64,000 bases of DNA from NCBI RefSeq assembly GCF_004010195.1, contig NC_057720.1:35362771-35426770 (forward strand), read 5' to 3'. Below the pieces are notes generated by a model. The model did no database searches and was not told where the DNA came from. It worked only from the letters and a program-made list of their open reading frames with translations. Of the stretch, positions 38,379 to 51,800 are shown piece by piece. Both the position numbers and the translations under genes were made by a program. This DNA comes from Chiloscyllium plagiosum. Taxonomy: Eukaryota. Positions within the stretch are counted from its first letter, which is position 1, and every line of letters begins with the position of its first letter.

Positions 38379-41281
38379 GTCCGGTAAATTGGATACACTG
38401 GCAAGACCTCCCAACAGCATGGCCTCAGATTTCATAAAATTGATTTTATAGCCTGAGAACATACCAAATAAATTGATCACTTGGATTAAGCGGGGCACGT
38501 ATATCAAAGGATCACTTAAGAAGAGGAGGACATCATCCACATATAGAGTGATTTTATGTTTGCCCGATCCAACCCTAGGAGCCGTTATATTAGGCTCAGT
38601 TCGTATAGCTTCTGCCAGTGGTTCAATCACTAGCGTGAATAATAATAGTGAAAGAGGACACCCCCTGCCAACACTAAAGCTATCCGAACCTAAACCATTG
38701 GTGATCACTGCTGCTTTGGGATCATTATATAATACTGAAACCCATTTAGTAAACGCCTCCCCGACATCGAACCTTTCCAGTGTATAAAAAAGATATGGCC
38801 ATCTTACCCGATCAAATACCTTCTTTGCGTCCAAGGAGACAGTTAAATCTGGCATTGTTCCCTGTTGACAGGCTTGTATCATATTTAAGACCCTTCTAAT
38901 ATTATTAGTTGACTGCGACCCTTTATAAACCCCGTCTGGTCCTCTTTTATGATGTATGGTAAGATCCTCTACAATCTTAATGCTAACACTTTAGAAAGAA
39001 TTTTGAAATTCACATTTAGTAAGAATATGGGTCTATATGATGAGCAATCTTCTGGGGCCTTTCCCTTTTTAACAATAAGAGTGATGCTTGCTTCTCTCAA
39101 CGAAGGCAGGAGGCAGCCCTGACTATGTGAATAATTATACATATTTATGAGTGGCTCGGCCAGTTCCCCTATAAATTCTTTATAGAACTCAGCCTGGAAT
39201 CCATCTGGTCCAGGTGCCTTTGTCACTCTGAACCTGCCTCACCATGTCAAGTACTTCCTGGGTTGTCAGGGGGACATTCAAGATTGACATCTGCTCCGAG
39301 GTTAAGCCCAGAAGGGCCAAATTTTTAAAGAAGGATTCCATCTTCTCAGTTCTATCCTCACAGTCCTGTGATTTATACAGTTCAACATAGAACTTTCTAA
39401 AGGCTGTATTGTTTTTTTTTCGATCACTAGTCAGGGTACCAGTACTTTCTCTAATGGACGTAATGGCTCGATGAGCCTTTTTCTTTCTAGTAAGGTATGC
39501 TAGGTATCTGCCAGGCTTGTCACCATATTCAAATAATCTCTGCTTTACGAATAATATTTCCCTCTTTGCTGTTTGGGTAAGTGCAGTATTCAAGGCTGCC
39601 CTAAGGGCTGTGATCCTTTGTAGCTTACTAATGGAAGGCCTGTTAAGATACGCTGTCTCAGCTGCATTCAAGCGAGTCTCGAGCAGGCGCTGTTGCTCTC
39701 CCTTTTTTCTTTTCTGTGTCACAGAGTATGAGATGACCAAACCTCACGCATATGCCTTAGTGGTCTCCCACATCATCGACGGGTTACTGGCCGTACCTGA
39801 ATTAATTTCCCAGAAGGTTTTGAATTCCTGCGGAAAATACTTTATAAATTTGAAATCCTTCAATAAGAAGGGATCCATATGCCAATGTTGGGGGCCTGTC
39901 CCATCATCTTGACTTCCATATATACTATGGCATGATCAGAAATAGGTATGTTACCTATTTTACAAGACAGAATGGAATTCAAAAGGCTCGAGGGGGCAAA
40001 AAACATATCAATTCTGGTATAGCACTTGTGTGGATTAGAGTAGAAAGTAAAGTCTCTACCCTGGGGGTGAAGGCACCTCCATACATCTACTAACCCTAGC
40101 TCCTCATTCAGATACACCAGTTGTCTAGATCTCAGAGATATAGCCGTAGTGCTCATAGGTATCCTACCTGTCTCTGGGTCCATAATACAGTTAAGATCTC
40201 CTCCAATAATTGTATGGCAGACTCCAAAAGCCATCAACTTAGAGAACGCTTTTTACAAATTTAAAGGGATACACCGGGGGGCAATAGAGATTCAAAATTC
40301 CATATTCCTCTCCATGTATTAGGGCTTTGATCAATATATACCATCCAGACTCATCTTTTATCTAGTTTAACATTTGGAAAGGAAGACTCTTCTGAATAAG
40401 AATGGCCACTCCCCTACTTTTTGAACTGAAAGATGAGAAAAAAGCCTGATCAAATCTGCCCTGTTGTAGCTTTAAATGTTCTTTGTCAAGTAAATGTGTC
40501 TCCTGTAAGAGAGCTGCATTGACCCTTTCTTTTTTTGAGACTTGATAATATCTTTTTTCTTTTGATTGGTGAATTAATCCCCTTGACATTCCAGGTGCAC
40601 CACCTAAGCGAATGGCTAGCCATGATCGTCCAGGCAAGCCCGAGACCCCCCAGGAGGAAGAATCCCACTCAGAAAACCTTGAATAACGACCGCAGTAAAT
40701 TCACAAATACAAAAATTCTTTAAAACATTTAAACCAACGCCATTGAAAGCTATCCCTAAGTAAAGAAACAACGCAAAACATATTTGAAAGGAGACCTTCC
40801 CCTGTGCTCCCAGGGGGCATAACTAACGATCGATAACCCCACCATAACCGCTCCTAGCTAGGGCCTTGCCCTCAGCCCAGGCATTATCAAGTGGAGTCGA
40901 CAAATTCAAGTATTCTATAAAACCAAAATTAAAAGTGAGTAACCCACCTCCCCCCACACCCCCCTTACACCAACACCTGGGTGCATTTAGCAAACACAGT
41001 ACAAAATAGAAATATATAAAATTACAAAATTACAATCCCAGCAAGTATTAGGCAACTAAGTAAAATGAGAAAAGAGGAAAACCCAGCTCTTAAGAAAAGG
41101 GCAAAACAAAACAAATCCCCCTTGCCCACAAATCAAGTAAGCCACGTGAACTATAAAAAGGAAACCAAAGGAAGAGTAAAGAACAAGCCCCCCCACCACC
41201 CCCAGGGAAAGATGAATAGAGGGAGGATGAAAAAAAAAGGAAAAAAAAGAGGGCAAACAAAGGGAAGGCAAAACAATGTCA

Positions 41282-42171
41282 TTATCCATATGGTTCAGAT
41301 CCTGCAGTCTTTTTAAGAGAGTCCAAGAATTCTTTTGCTTTTTCCGGTGACCCAAAGTTGTAAACGGATCCTCCATGGCAGAAGTGCAGCGTTGCCGGAG
41401 AGCGCATGGAATATTGGATGTTTAGGTCTCTCAGACACTTCTTTGCTTCATCAAATGCCTTCCTCTTGCGGACCATGGCTGGAGAGAAGTCCTGAAATAA
41501 CACTATTCTGGAACCCTTGTGCATCATGGCCTGGGGATCCTTCCCCAGGATTCTGGAGGCTTCCAGGAGCATTTGTTTTTCTTTGTAGCATTGGAGTCGG
41601 ATTAGAATCGGGCGGGGGCGCTGGTCCGACCTGGGCCTGCGTATCGCAACCCTGTGGGCCCACTCCACCTGCACCCGGCCCGGTCTCGACTCCAACTTCA
41701 ATAATTGTGGGAGCCATCGCTCTAAAAAGTCTACAAGCCAGCCTTCCTCTTTCCGTTCGGGAAGGCCCAGCAACCGAATATTTTTTCGACAGCCCAGATT
41801 GTCGAGGTCGTCAATGCGCTCCTCCAGGGTCCGGATTCGCTGCTCGAGAACCCAGCCCTGACCTACAGATGACTCGGCAGCCATCTCCAAGGCTGCTGCC
41901 TGTTGCTCCGCCCCTCCGACGTGCTGCTCATGTTTTTCAATTTCTCAGTCATGCTTCTGCAGCATGACCAAGAACGGCCCCCATCTGGACTGGGACTCCT
42001 CAATAAAGGCGTCAATCTTCTCTTGAAGTTTGTTGATCCCGGAGAGCAGGTTCGCCTCTGCAGGTAAGTCCCCTGAGGTGGCTGCAGATGTCCCTGCTAC
42101 TGCGGAGGCAGTGGGGGTGGGGGAGGGGTCCCTGCCCATTGCGAGCTGCAGGAGTTTTTGCCCTTAGCCAT
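41282..42171 (-). pseudogene. L1 ORF1 remnant, frameshifted
   Basis: Probable ATG at 42171 (MAKGK); LEERIDDLDNLGCRKNIRLLGLPE, WAHR, PRPILIRL, LFQDFS, YSMRSPATL are typical L1 ORF1p motifs. Confidence 0.88.
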
Positions 42172-43959
42172 TTTAGAAACAACACCAAACTATCCAAGTT
42201 TGATGTAAAATGACTGACTACACAGGGCAAAAGCTGTCTTAAATGATTTAAAGGGTGAGGTGAAGGCGAGTGCCCCACTTTGCCAGAGTCTTAGGCAGAG
42301 CACTACAGACTCAGACTTGCTGGTTCGCCACCATCATGAATCTCACTGCCCTTATTTTAAGTTGAGAACCACTGTTTGAGATTTGAATTTCTCTCCCTCA
42401 AACTGTATTTGTAATTGCTACTCCTCAGAGGATCATTAACATGAGATCTCTTACTAATCCTACCTCATTACATGTTACTAGATCTAAGATATTCTGTTTC
42501 CAGGATTTCCTTACTATTCCTTATTTCCACCCAAATTGATTTCACATCATAATCTACTATGGTTTCTACCCACCACTCTACTGATACATTCCTTTAAAAT
42601 AACATGATCCAACATTCATTTCCTTTTTGCCTATTTCTCTAAATGTCAAATACATTTACAGTTAAGTTCCCAGTCCTGATTCACCCTGATTCATACTTTG
42701 TAATAGCTATCAACTCATATCCATTTATTTCTATTAGTACCATCAACTCATTGATATTGTTACAAATGAAGAGACTTAAAAGCATTGGCTTTTTGTTTAC
42801 CATTATAGCTTCATCTGGTTCTACTTTCTACTGCTTTAATATTCTACACTTTTTTGTGATATCTAATCACTTGCGTCTTCGCTACCCTGCAGTTCTCTCT
42901 CATTGCTCTTTGAGTTAATTTTTCTTCAAATGAAGCCTCCCTCCTGACGAGTTAGTTTCACGCCCTATCCAAAAACCTACATATGGAAGATCCTCTTTTT
43001 TTTTGCCTGAATAAAGTTTCCTAAACTTTCTTTCACCATGAGACCACATTTATTTAGGCTTTCAGTCTTCCTAATGTGACATCTAATGTGACATCTTTAA
43101 TTACTGGCTTAGTCTGACGTCTTGGTTTAATATTTCTTATGTGGATTTTTAAGTTTGGTTCTGCAACTCTGCCTCATGGTACTCCCCTCATTATGGCAAT
43201 GATGCTCTGAGTAATTTCTAAACTTCTCAATTTTCCAGCCTGCATCATTGGAATTTTTTTATGTTTTCCCGGGATCATCTGGTATTTTAAATTCTACTCA
43301 TAGAATCGTCAATATCTATTTGTCTACCCTTCAGTCTGCATCTGCTCTGGAATAATTAATTTTACTTCTCCAGGGAGGTGCTAACTCTTCTGGAACAGCA
43401 TGTCTCTCATTGGGTCTGACAAACTTTTTACCATTCACTGGAGTTTTTGTTGAGGACTGCAACCAGGGTTTCTTCTCAAGAGCCCTTAAATCATCAGCGC
43501 TCTGCTTTGCTGACTATGTTGTATAGCAGGTGAACTGAGCTTGAAGATTGCGTACTGCTGTTTGCTATGTGTTGGCTGAGCTGTCAAAATCAAATCCACA
43601 CTTGTGCCTACCATATCATATAGACATGCTAGCTCTCTACACTCTATAAACTGCGACTCATAATGAAAGTTGCTGCCATCATCCTTTTTAAGGATAGGAA
43701 ATGCAGGGCCTGCTTGGAACAGTGGGTTAGTGGAAAACCATCTCCTGGTCTCACTAGAAGAGTCAATTATAGTTAACAAGATGGAGTTTACTATTGTACA
43801 GCAGCAGCTAGTTCTAGATTAGATTGATATGATAGTCATTGTTGCAGAGACTTTGAGGAGGATTATGTGCTGGTGCTCATACCTTCAAGACAGTAAGCTG
43901 CGAGTCCATATGAAATCGTTGTAATGGGTGATGTTTATGCACACCTCAGTATTAACTCC

Positions 43960-44392
43960 TACAGACCAATGTACAACACCTACTCCCCAGAGACTTTCCA
44001 GGACAAAGCAACCCATCAGTACCCATCTGCCACCTTAAACATTCACTCCTAACATTGCTGCAACTATAAGATGCATGGCAGCTACTTGCTAGACTTTGCC
44101 AGCACCTTGCATACCGACCAATCTTACCACTTAGGAAAACAAGGGGAACAGCCTCATGGGAACACCAACACATTCAGGTTCCTTTTCAAGCCACATATTA
44201 TCCTGTCTTGGAAATATACTACCTTGCATAACTGTTACTGGTTTAGGATCACTCTACTTAACAGTATTGTGGGTGTACCTATACTGCATAGATTGCATTT
44301 TTCAAGAAGGCATCCCATCCCACTCTCTCAATAAGAATCAGGAATGAGGAATAAATGTTGCTCTTTCTCCTAATGTCTACATCCCATGACAA
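43960..44392 (+). mobile_element. Old family B LINE 3' fragment
   Basis: Similar to the reverse complement of 12840-13300. Confidence 0.6.
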
Positions 44393-45292
44393 AAACATTG
44401 CACTGTAAGAATGGCAAATATAGTAGGACCTAATCAAATGCAATGTTGCTGCTTGTAATTTTCTAACAAAACAGTAACAGGAAGGATTATAACACAATCA
44501 CAAACATACCACAAATTCATAACATTGACAAAAATTGTTTTTCAGAAAGCAAGGACAATGCTCAATTTAGATAGCATTTGGCCATGATTTAGAGTTATAA
44601 TTCAGACATTCCCCAGCATGATTGCTTCTCAGAGACAGAGATTAACAGGCTGGCTCTGCACTAAAATTAAATTAAAGATACTGGTGAATTAATAACACGC
44701 TGCACTTTATGGCAGAAGCAAGTTTGGAATCAAAGAATGACAGATGGAGATATGTAATAAAAAAAGGAAAAGAGAATATGAGTTTTAATTAACTGTACTG
44801 TTTGTAGTTATAAACAATAGTATAAACATTTAGGATGGAGATTTTTGTAAAGTTTTATATTATCACCTTGGCCATAGTTCTCTTCAAACATCCGAAGTCT
44901 AGTATCACCTTGTCCGGAGAGTTATTATAAAAGTAGTTATTATAAAGCTTTGTAATCTTCAAAATAACAAACAGAAATTCCAATTATTGTTTGTTAACCT
45001 GATATCCAAACTAATCATCAAACAGCAGGGAGAAAAAATGTCTTCTGCTCATCATTTGTTCAAATCAGCAAAGCTGTAGCTGGTATAATGAACTGATTTT
45101 TCTCGTCCACTCATTGATCTATATGCATTGAATGTAAATGGTATGCCAATAGGTTATACATTGACCAGAATATCAACTCATGTCCTTTTATGGACCAAGT
45201 CAAAATCATTACTATATTCATTCTTGACAAACTCCATCAGATGCCTGTACAGCAACATATCAGCATAGAGCAATTGTCTTCTGTTCATACAC

Positions 45293-45390
45293 AAAAAACA
45301 GAAGCTGCTGGAAAAGCTCAGCAGGTGTGGCAGCATCTGTGAAGACAAATCAAAGTTAACATTTCGGGTTCGGTGACCCTTCCTCAGAGT
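45293..45390 (-). mobile_element. Single-arm PLE terminal-repeat fragment with hammerhead-like core
   Basis: Minus strand: CUGAGGA A GGGU-caccga-ACCC GAAA UGUU, then the cagatgctgcc...ctgctgagcttttccagca motif. Confidence 0.65.
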
Positions 45391-45453
45391 GGTCATGGCC
45401 CTCTTTGTGAATTTGTCTTTCTCTGTGAGCTCCTCTGATATCCATGTATGTCT

Positions 45454-45534
45454 AGGTAAAAACAAGGACTGCAGATGCTGGAAACCAGAGTCTAGATTAG
45501 AGTGGTGCTGGAAAAGCCCAGCAGGTAAGGCAGC
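45454..45534 (-). mobile_element. 81-bp PLE terminal-repeat 3' stub
   Basis: 14-bp TSD atccatgtatgtct (45440-45453 / 45535-45548). Confidence 0.85.
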
Positions 45535-46317
45535 ATCCATGTATGTCTGCATTTTTCATTCTTCAGATGCCAATCCCTTTCTTAAACCGCATTCCCAGCA
45601 GTTCAACATTTTCTGCACCTTCTGCTGTCATGCTCATTTTTGTAATTCCTCAGAATTTTTCATCTTTTCAAAGATTTTCTGAAAAGCCTTCAATTAATTT
45701 CTCCCATTTGCCTTTTTCAGTCCTGTTCAGTGCAATTCTCTATGTGAAAAACTATGAGATGTACTTTATGTGATGAATTTCCTCTATGTATTAAGACACA
45801 CCATTTAATCTCCTGAATTAAAAGTTCTGCAAAGTTTCTCCCTGTTATCCAAAGGTTAATTAAACAAAACTAACCTAATACCCATCTAACCTGAATTCTA
45901 CATTGCTTTCTCTTCAGGTTTTGAAATAAATTAAAGAATGCGTTAGGATGTTTAGTGCCTGTAAACAGCTGCTACTACTGAATGACGGAAGTCAATATGT
46001 TTCCCCAGTGTGTGACTAAGAAGATGACATTTTTATCCAAATGTTCATTTGTACTTTCAATCAAAATCCTCACAGTTTATTAACTGTGTAATTGCACAAT
46101 CGATTCCAGTTAATTAAATATCCAATGAGCAAATATCTCTCTTTGATGGCTGCAAGACAAAAATGAAGTCTGGTCAATGATAGGTGCTTACGTTTGCTGA
46201 AGTTCCCGTAGAACACTATGCACAAGCAAATACCTACAGATAGTCACAGGAGTAGTTATTCTCATAAAATAATTTATCATTTACTTCAAGCATCAATGAT
46301 CCATATCACTGGCACCA

Positions 46318-46525
46318 AAGTAAATACTATGGGGTCTAGAAATCTGAAATGAATAAAGAAAATGATAGAAATACTCAGCAGATCAGGCAGCATCTGTAGA
46401 GAGACAGAAACAAAGTCACATCTCAGGCTGACAAACAGAACTTTGTCTGAAGCAACCTGAAACATTTCTTCTGTTCCTCTGTTCACAATGCTGTCTGGCC
46501 AGCTGCGAATTTCCACCATTTTTCA
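46318..46525. mobile_element. Old degenerate fold-back PLE terminal-repeat element
   Basis: gaaaatgatagaaatactcagcagatcaggcagcat... versus ...atgctgtctggccagctgcgaatttccaccattttt. Confidence 0.6.
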
Positions 46526-47098
46526 GGTGTTGTTCCATGACAGTGATACCTTCATAATATGATGTGTTAACAGCATAAACTACTGCTAAAATGTTTATTT
46601 AAAAAAAGGTGTTACTACAATTATTAGGTTTATAAGATTGCTTTGCCCAGGGACTGTCTTTAATTTTTGTGGTGATAAAGAATGGACTGTGTAACCTATT
46701 CTAGAATTTGCCTGGTGGCAAAGCCGAGTGGGTTGACTGTTAAAGATCAAGGGACAGTCCAGATCATTTTGTTGGAAAGATAGTGTAAAGTGATCATACT
46801 TTTACAGGTAGATCTTCTATGGCACACGTTTATTAAATGCGATTTGTGAATTGCCCTTTTATTTACTTTTTGCTTTTACACGATTCCATCCCTGGCCGAG
46901 CTGAACAGCAAAAGCCAGCATCAGAATTCTCTGTCTGCAAAATGCAAATTCAATGTGTTCAGCTAAAACAAGAATGCAATCAGCTCTGCCAGTCTTTAAA
47001 CTTAGCTTGAAACTGGGACTTGTAATCTCCATTTAGGTGGAACTTTATTTCCAACTGGGGCAGAATCTTGAGGAGGACTGGACTTCCGCGTCGGCGTC

Positions 47099-47741
47099 AC
47101 ATAGAACATAGAAGTATACAGCACAGTACAGGCCCTTTGGCCCTCGATGTTGCACCGATCCAAGCCCACCTAACCTACACTAGCCCACTATCCTCCATAT
47201 GCCTATCCAATGCCCGTTTAAATGCCCATAAAGAGGGAGAGTCCACCACTGATACTGGCAGGGCATTCCATGAACTCACGACTCGCTGAGTAAAGAACCT
47301 ACCCCTAACATCTGTCCTATACCTACCACCCCTTAATTTAAAGCTATGCCCCCTCGTAATAGCTGACTCCATACGTGGAAAAAGGTTCTCACGGTCAACC
47401 CTATCTAAACCCCTAATCATCTTGTACACCTCTATCAAGTCACCTCTAAACCTTCTTTTCTCCAATGAAAACAACCCCATGTGCCTCAGCCTTTCCTCAT
47501 ACGATCTTCCTACCATACCAGGCAACATCCTGGTAAACCTCCTCTGCACCTGTTCCAGTGCCTCCACATCCTTCCGAGAGGATGGTGACCAAAACTGCAC
47601 ACAATACTCCAGATGCGGCCGCACCAGAGTCTTATACAACTGCAACATGATCTCAGGACTCCAGAACTCAATTCCTCTACCAATAAAAGCCAGTACGCCA
47701 TATGCCTTCTTCACCGCACTATTTACTTGGATGGCAACTTT
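47099..47741 (-). mobile_element. CR1 3' fragment with (agaacat)n tail
   Basis: 179-aa ORF LQLYKTLVRPHLEYCVQFWSP...WNALP. Confidence 0.92.
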
Positions 47742-48060
47742 CGAAGATGGCCAGTCATCTCCTGCGCTGTCTGGTGAAGAGCTTTGTGAAAAGTATGGTG
47801 CTGTAGTTGGTGATTCTAGTGTTAAAGTGTTACATTTACTATATTATTTCATTAAAATATTTGGTTTAAAGATTTACTCAGACTGTGCTATTGTTTGTGT
47901 TAGGCTATCTACTATTTTTGTTTTAATTTTTACTGATACTTTTGGTACTTTGTCCCGAACCCTGTTTTTCCCATAGGCCTCATTATTTATATCGTGCAAC
48001 CTTCTATAACATGGTGTTGCACGGGAACACAACTACCGTGTTATAGGACAACTAACTGTA
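47742..48060. mobile_element. Possible Tc1/pogo (Tigger-like) DNA transposon end
   Basis: Ends ...cgtgttataggacaactaactg-ta (reverse complement TA|CAGT...); partner TIR not found. Confidence 0.3.
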
Positions 48061-48681
48061 GACAAACGTAGCAGTATCCATAGTTACAATAGTTTGACTG
48101 GTAGTCTGCAAAGTCCCAGGAAGGTGTTGAGAATGTCACGTTGCAAACAGTTGGGCTTTAAACTGTCTATTTATTTACAATACATAATAAAATAGGATTA
48201 TAAAGAATAGCCAATCATATTTCTGTCTGGATACAGACTCCATGTGATTCATATTGCTATGAAAATGAACCATGACAGGGAAAGGGTTTAGATGCTATTT
48301 CTGAAACTCAGACAAGCTAGATTGCTGGAACTGGGAGAGAGGGACCAACTAGAAGCCAAAGTTTGTATAGTCAATATACAGGAATGTAGGTGGGAACTCA
48401 CCTTCATATTGAAAAGGCCAAAGTTAGGAGGATTCGAAATGCAGCTGAAATAGTTTCCATAGTCTATTTTAGAGAGAAAATCATCAGAAAATCTTTTTCC
48501 ATGAAAGGCAATTCTGGGAATAAATGTTATGAGACTGAGAAAGGAAAGGAATGGATGTAAACACTCAGAGTTAAAGTAACAGAAAATTGAATTGTAAAGT
48601 ATATGTGTGACATAGGTTTTCAGTTCTACTAAAAGAGAAAGTTCTAACCTGTAGTTTAAGTATAGTTGCCTCATAGTTTAG

Positions 48682-48860
48682 AGACAAAAAAAACTACAGA
48701 AAGTGGAAGCCAAAGTAGACAGGCAGGAGGTTGGAAGAACATAGCAAGCGGTGAAGTCGACATTTCAGGTGTAGCAGGGTTACACCCGAAACGTTGACTT
48801 CTCCACCTCCTGATGTTGCCTAGCTTGCTATGTTCTCTCAGCCTCCTGCCTGTCTACAAA
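48682..48860. mobile_element. Fold-back PLE terminal-repeat element
   Basis: gtagacaggcaggagg... / ...cctcctgcctgtctac arms; 9-bp TSD atagtttag (48673-48681 / 48861-48869); GGGU-uac-ACCC GAAACGUU; same family as 5820-5903. Confidence 0.85.
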
Positions 48861-51800
48861 ATAGTTTAGTCAATAATACATTTAGTCTGTTTATCAAGAG
48901 TAAAATGTTAAAAAGTTGAATCCTGCTGAGTAAATCTGTTAACTATCAACTGAAGGTTCAAATTTCTTCTGTAAAGTCATTGCCACAATCTCCATTGAAG
49001 CCGATCAGAAATTGGATTTCCAGAAACACTGGCTGAAGTAATTATACTGTCCTTTTTAAAAAGGCTGGAGCTTCAAACACTATCAAGGAAAATTTTGCAT
49101 TTGATTTCCTATCACATTTAAATATAACAATCATGCTACAATTAATTAGAGGAAATATTGATAAGTAAGAGACCTGTAATTAGGAACATTTGCTCCTCTC
49201 TACCCTTAATGTTGCCACTGTGCCAATATGCATTCAAGTAGTTAATTTCCTCAATTATAACCATACTGTATTGGTGGCATCTCTCTGTAATTTCCCTGCA
49301 AATTTGTTCCTTTACATCCTTCCCACAGGTTGCTTATCTACAGAAGTGTAAGTGTTCAAAACTGGTTTCAGCAATGGATACAAAGTTCTGTGTGATCAGT
49401 TTTTAAGTTAAACTTTTAGTGTTCAAGACAATAGAATGCTGTGATTCCAAACAATATATTCAGCTGCAGACTGGATTCCTGATTTCAGAAACACGGCATG
49501 TTCAAAAGCCTCTCACCATAACAACTAAGCTTTCCTACCAAAGCTACAAAATTACAGTTCTGTGCTTTCAATTATTACAGCGAGTAATTATGGATTGCTG
49601 CGTTGTGTGTTATTTCTTCTATTGCCAATAGGTGGCAAGAAAGCCTTTTCTTTTGCACCTGTTAGTCTTGTCTTTTCTCTATTCCCACATTGAAGCAGCT
49701 CCATTTTTGAACTTTATTCTGGGCTTGAACAATAAGCATTGTCAGCTGCATTGTGAGTGCTGATGGGACGTCAAATTTTCAAATGATTGGAGAAAAAGAA
49801 AATATAAATGATGCCGATCATGGAATTCATATTGGTTCTAAATTAAAATGCCTGCCTTTACTAGTCTGCTGCGACTCAGATTCACAATTAAGCCAAGTAA
49901 AGAGTCAATTTGGAAAGCAATTTTGAAATGTGACGTCCATAGTATGTTGAACTTGAGACGTCCAGCAGTAAAATGAAAGCTTTGAAGCTTTATAAATCTT
50001 GAAATCACACATCTGTTCCAGAACAAAGAGCTCTAATTTGAGCATTCCAAGCTGATTGAAGAAGATAATGAAGCATTATTGCTACAAGGACCAGTCTATA
50101 TATAGCTGCAATCTGGAACAGCAATCTCAGGTTGCATGATCTTTATTCCAAAATTGCCACTGCTTGTGCTTAGCTGAAGTTCCTCATAGAATGGAGTGGA
50201 CAGTCGGGTGAGTCCATTCAATAAGTAAACAGGTGGCCTGTAAATGACTGCATGCTGATGCAGACGTCATGAATGAATTGGCAGTTGACAGCACTATAAA
50301 ATACACAAGCCGTGGATCATTTCAGAGTTGTTTCAGGATGATTTTTTTTTCTCAACTCTAGCATCTGAGAGACAGTAAATAATATTTTGTTAATTCCTCC
50401 ACTTAAATCATTTCTTTCAAATCCCTTCATTCACTACCTTCTTTAACGCTAAAGCCTTCTCCAGCCCAATCTTCCAAAACTCTGCATTCCTTCAGTTCTG
50501 GCCTCTTCCCAGTATCTTTTGTCTTCCTATTGGCACTTACATACCCTAAACTGTGTTAAAACTTCCTAAACCTTTCTACCCTTTTCCTCTTTTAAGAGAA
50601 GTATTCAAAATTTACTTATTCGGCTAAACTATGGAGCACCTGTTGTCAAGTGCCCTTTTCTCTGATTATACAATTATTCATTTTTTTTATGAACCACACT
50701 GGGACATGTTACCACTTTAACATAGTTTACATAAATGGAAGTCGCTGCTGTAAATCATAACGAGTCAAATGTCAATTACCCAAATGTCTCATACTTATTC
50801 TCAGAGGTCTATTCTGCAGATCAAGTTAAATAAGGCAAACTATATCAAAAAGGTTGAAGTTTTACACCACAGAACATGGGATGAACAGTCAGAACTCATT
50901 TCTTTTCAAAGCAGGTGTAAATGAAATAACAATCCATAATTACATTGTAACATTCAGTTTCCCATTGTATTCAATTCTGCACTATTTATTAATGATGAGA
51001 CACATACAACTCATTTTTTTCTGCTGATTAGTAAACATAAGTTAATGTTTGGTATCTTATTTACATAATACAAAGAATAGCTCTTTACTCTTTCATATAT
51101 GGTGAGTTACAAAAAAATTTATTATTCTCTTTACAAGTATTTCAACAGCAAGACGCAGAAATCCAATACTTTAAGGTACAGGCTTCACACAGAGACACAA
51201 AGCGCAAATTCTACAATAAAAGTCTTTTGGTCTATGCCAACGTCAAGCACAGAATGCAACAACTTAACATTGCAAACCAGACAGAAGGTGGTTAAATCAC
51301 TCAACCTTACAGTATCCTTTTCTTACCCACAATGCAGTCCTGCTGTTTAACTGTTCAGTTCAGTAGTGGGTAGGAAACACACTCATAAAAATGCAGTTTT
51401 AACTTGTTATATCTTTGGCCTTATTTTGTTCATTCCACGGTTTACTTTTATTGTTAGATCTACCAGAATCCTCATTATTTATAGGCTGTTACATTGTGAG
51501 CTATTTGAACTCACCACTGGCTGACGTTCCAAGATTTAATTAGAAAATTACTCAATTAATCAAAATTCCAATATTAAACATGAATCAAACTTAACTGTTG
51601 TTTTTGAGGTAAACCAGTAATACAACACAACCCAGTGGAATACATAGGATTAGGTAGACAGACAATCCCTGTGAGGCCCTAATAACTCATTTCCCACCTC
51701 AATTGCTCTCAAGAAGGGAATTCACAGCAAAGATGATACAGAGCAAGCATCTTCTCTTGATTGAGGATAAATTGGGATGGCAAGCCAAATCATAGTTTAA

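Larger units (their letters stand above)
36159..40623 (-). pseudogene. L1 ORF2 remnant (APE endonuclease, RT, C-terminal Cys motif), many frameshifts
   Basis: WNVKGINSPIKRKKI, LQETH, GGDLN, YTRIDMF, ISDH, APGPDGF, SYRPI, LDAKKVFDRV, GCPLS, LYVDD, CPKC...HCLWTC. Confidence 0.92.
35861..42344 (-). mobile_element. Apparently full-length, decayed L1-clade LINE (~6.5 kb including two SINE inserts)
   Basis: ORF1 and APE-RT-CCHC ORF2 remnants, AATAAA (35881-35886) and a short poly(A), candidate TSD actgtcctt / actgccctt (35852-35860 / 42345-42353). Confidence 0.92.
34500..42800 (-). mobile_element. Old CR1 ORF2 split by the L1 (pieces ~34500-35860 and ~42345-42800)
   Basis: SKFAHDTIIGG, KQSKHGFVKGNSCLTNLLEFFE, ENYSPIGL on the left; endonuclease-region ILDLVTCNEVGLV on the right. 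Confidence 0.75.

Noticed and set aside
45885..45930. Strong plus-strand splice acceptor followed by AATAAA
   Set aside because: No linked exon or ORF; expected by chance in AT-rich DNA
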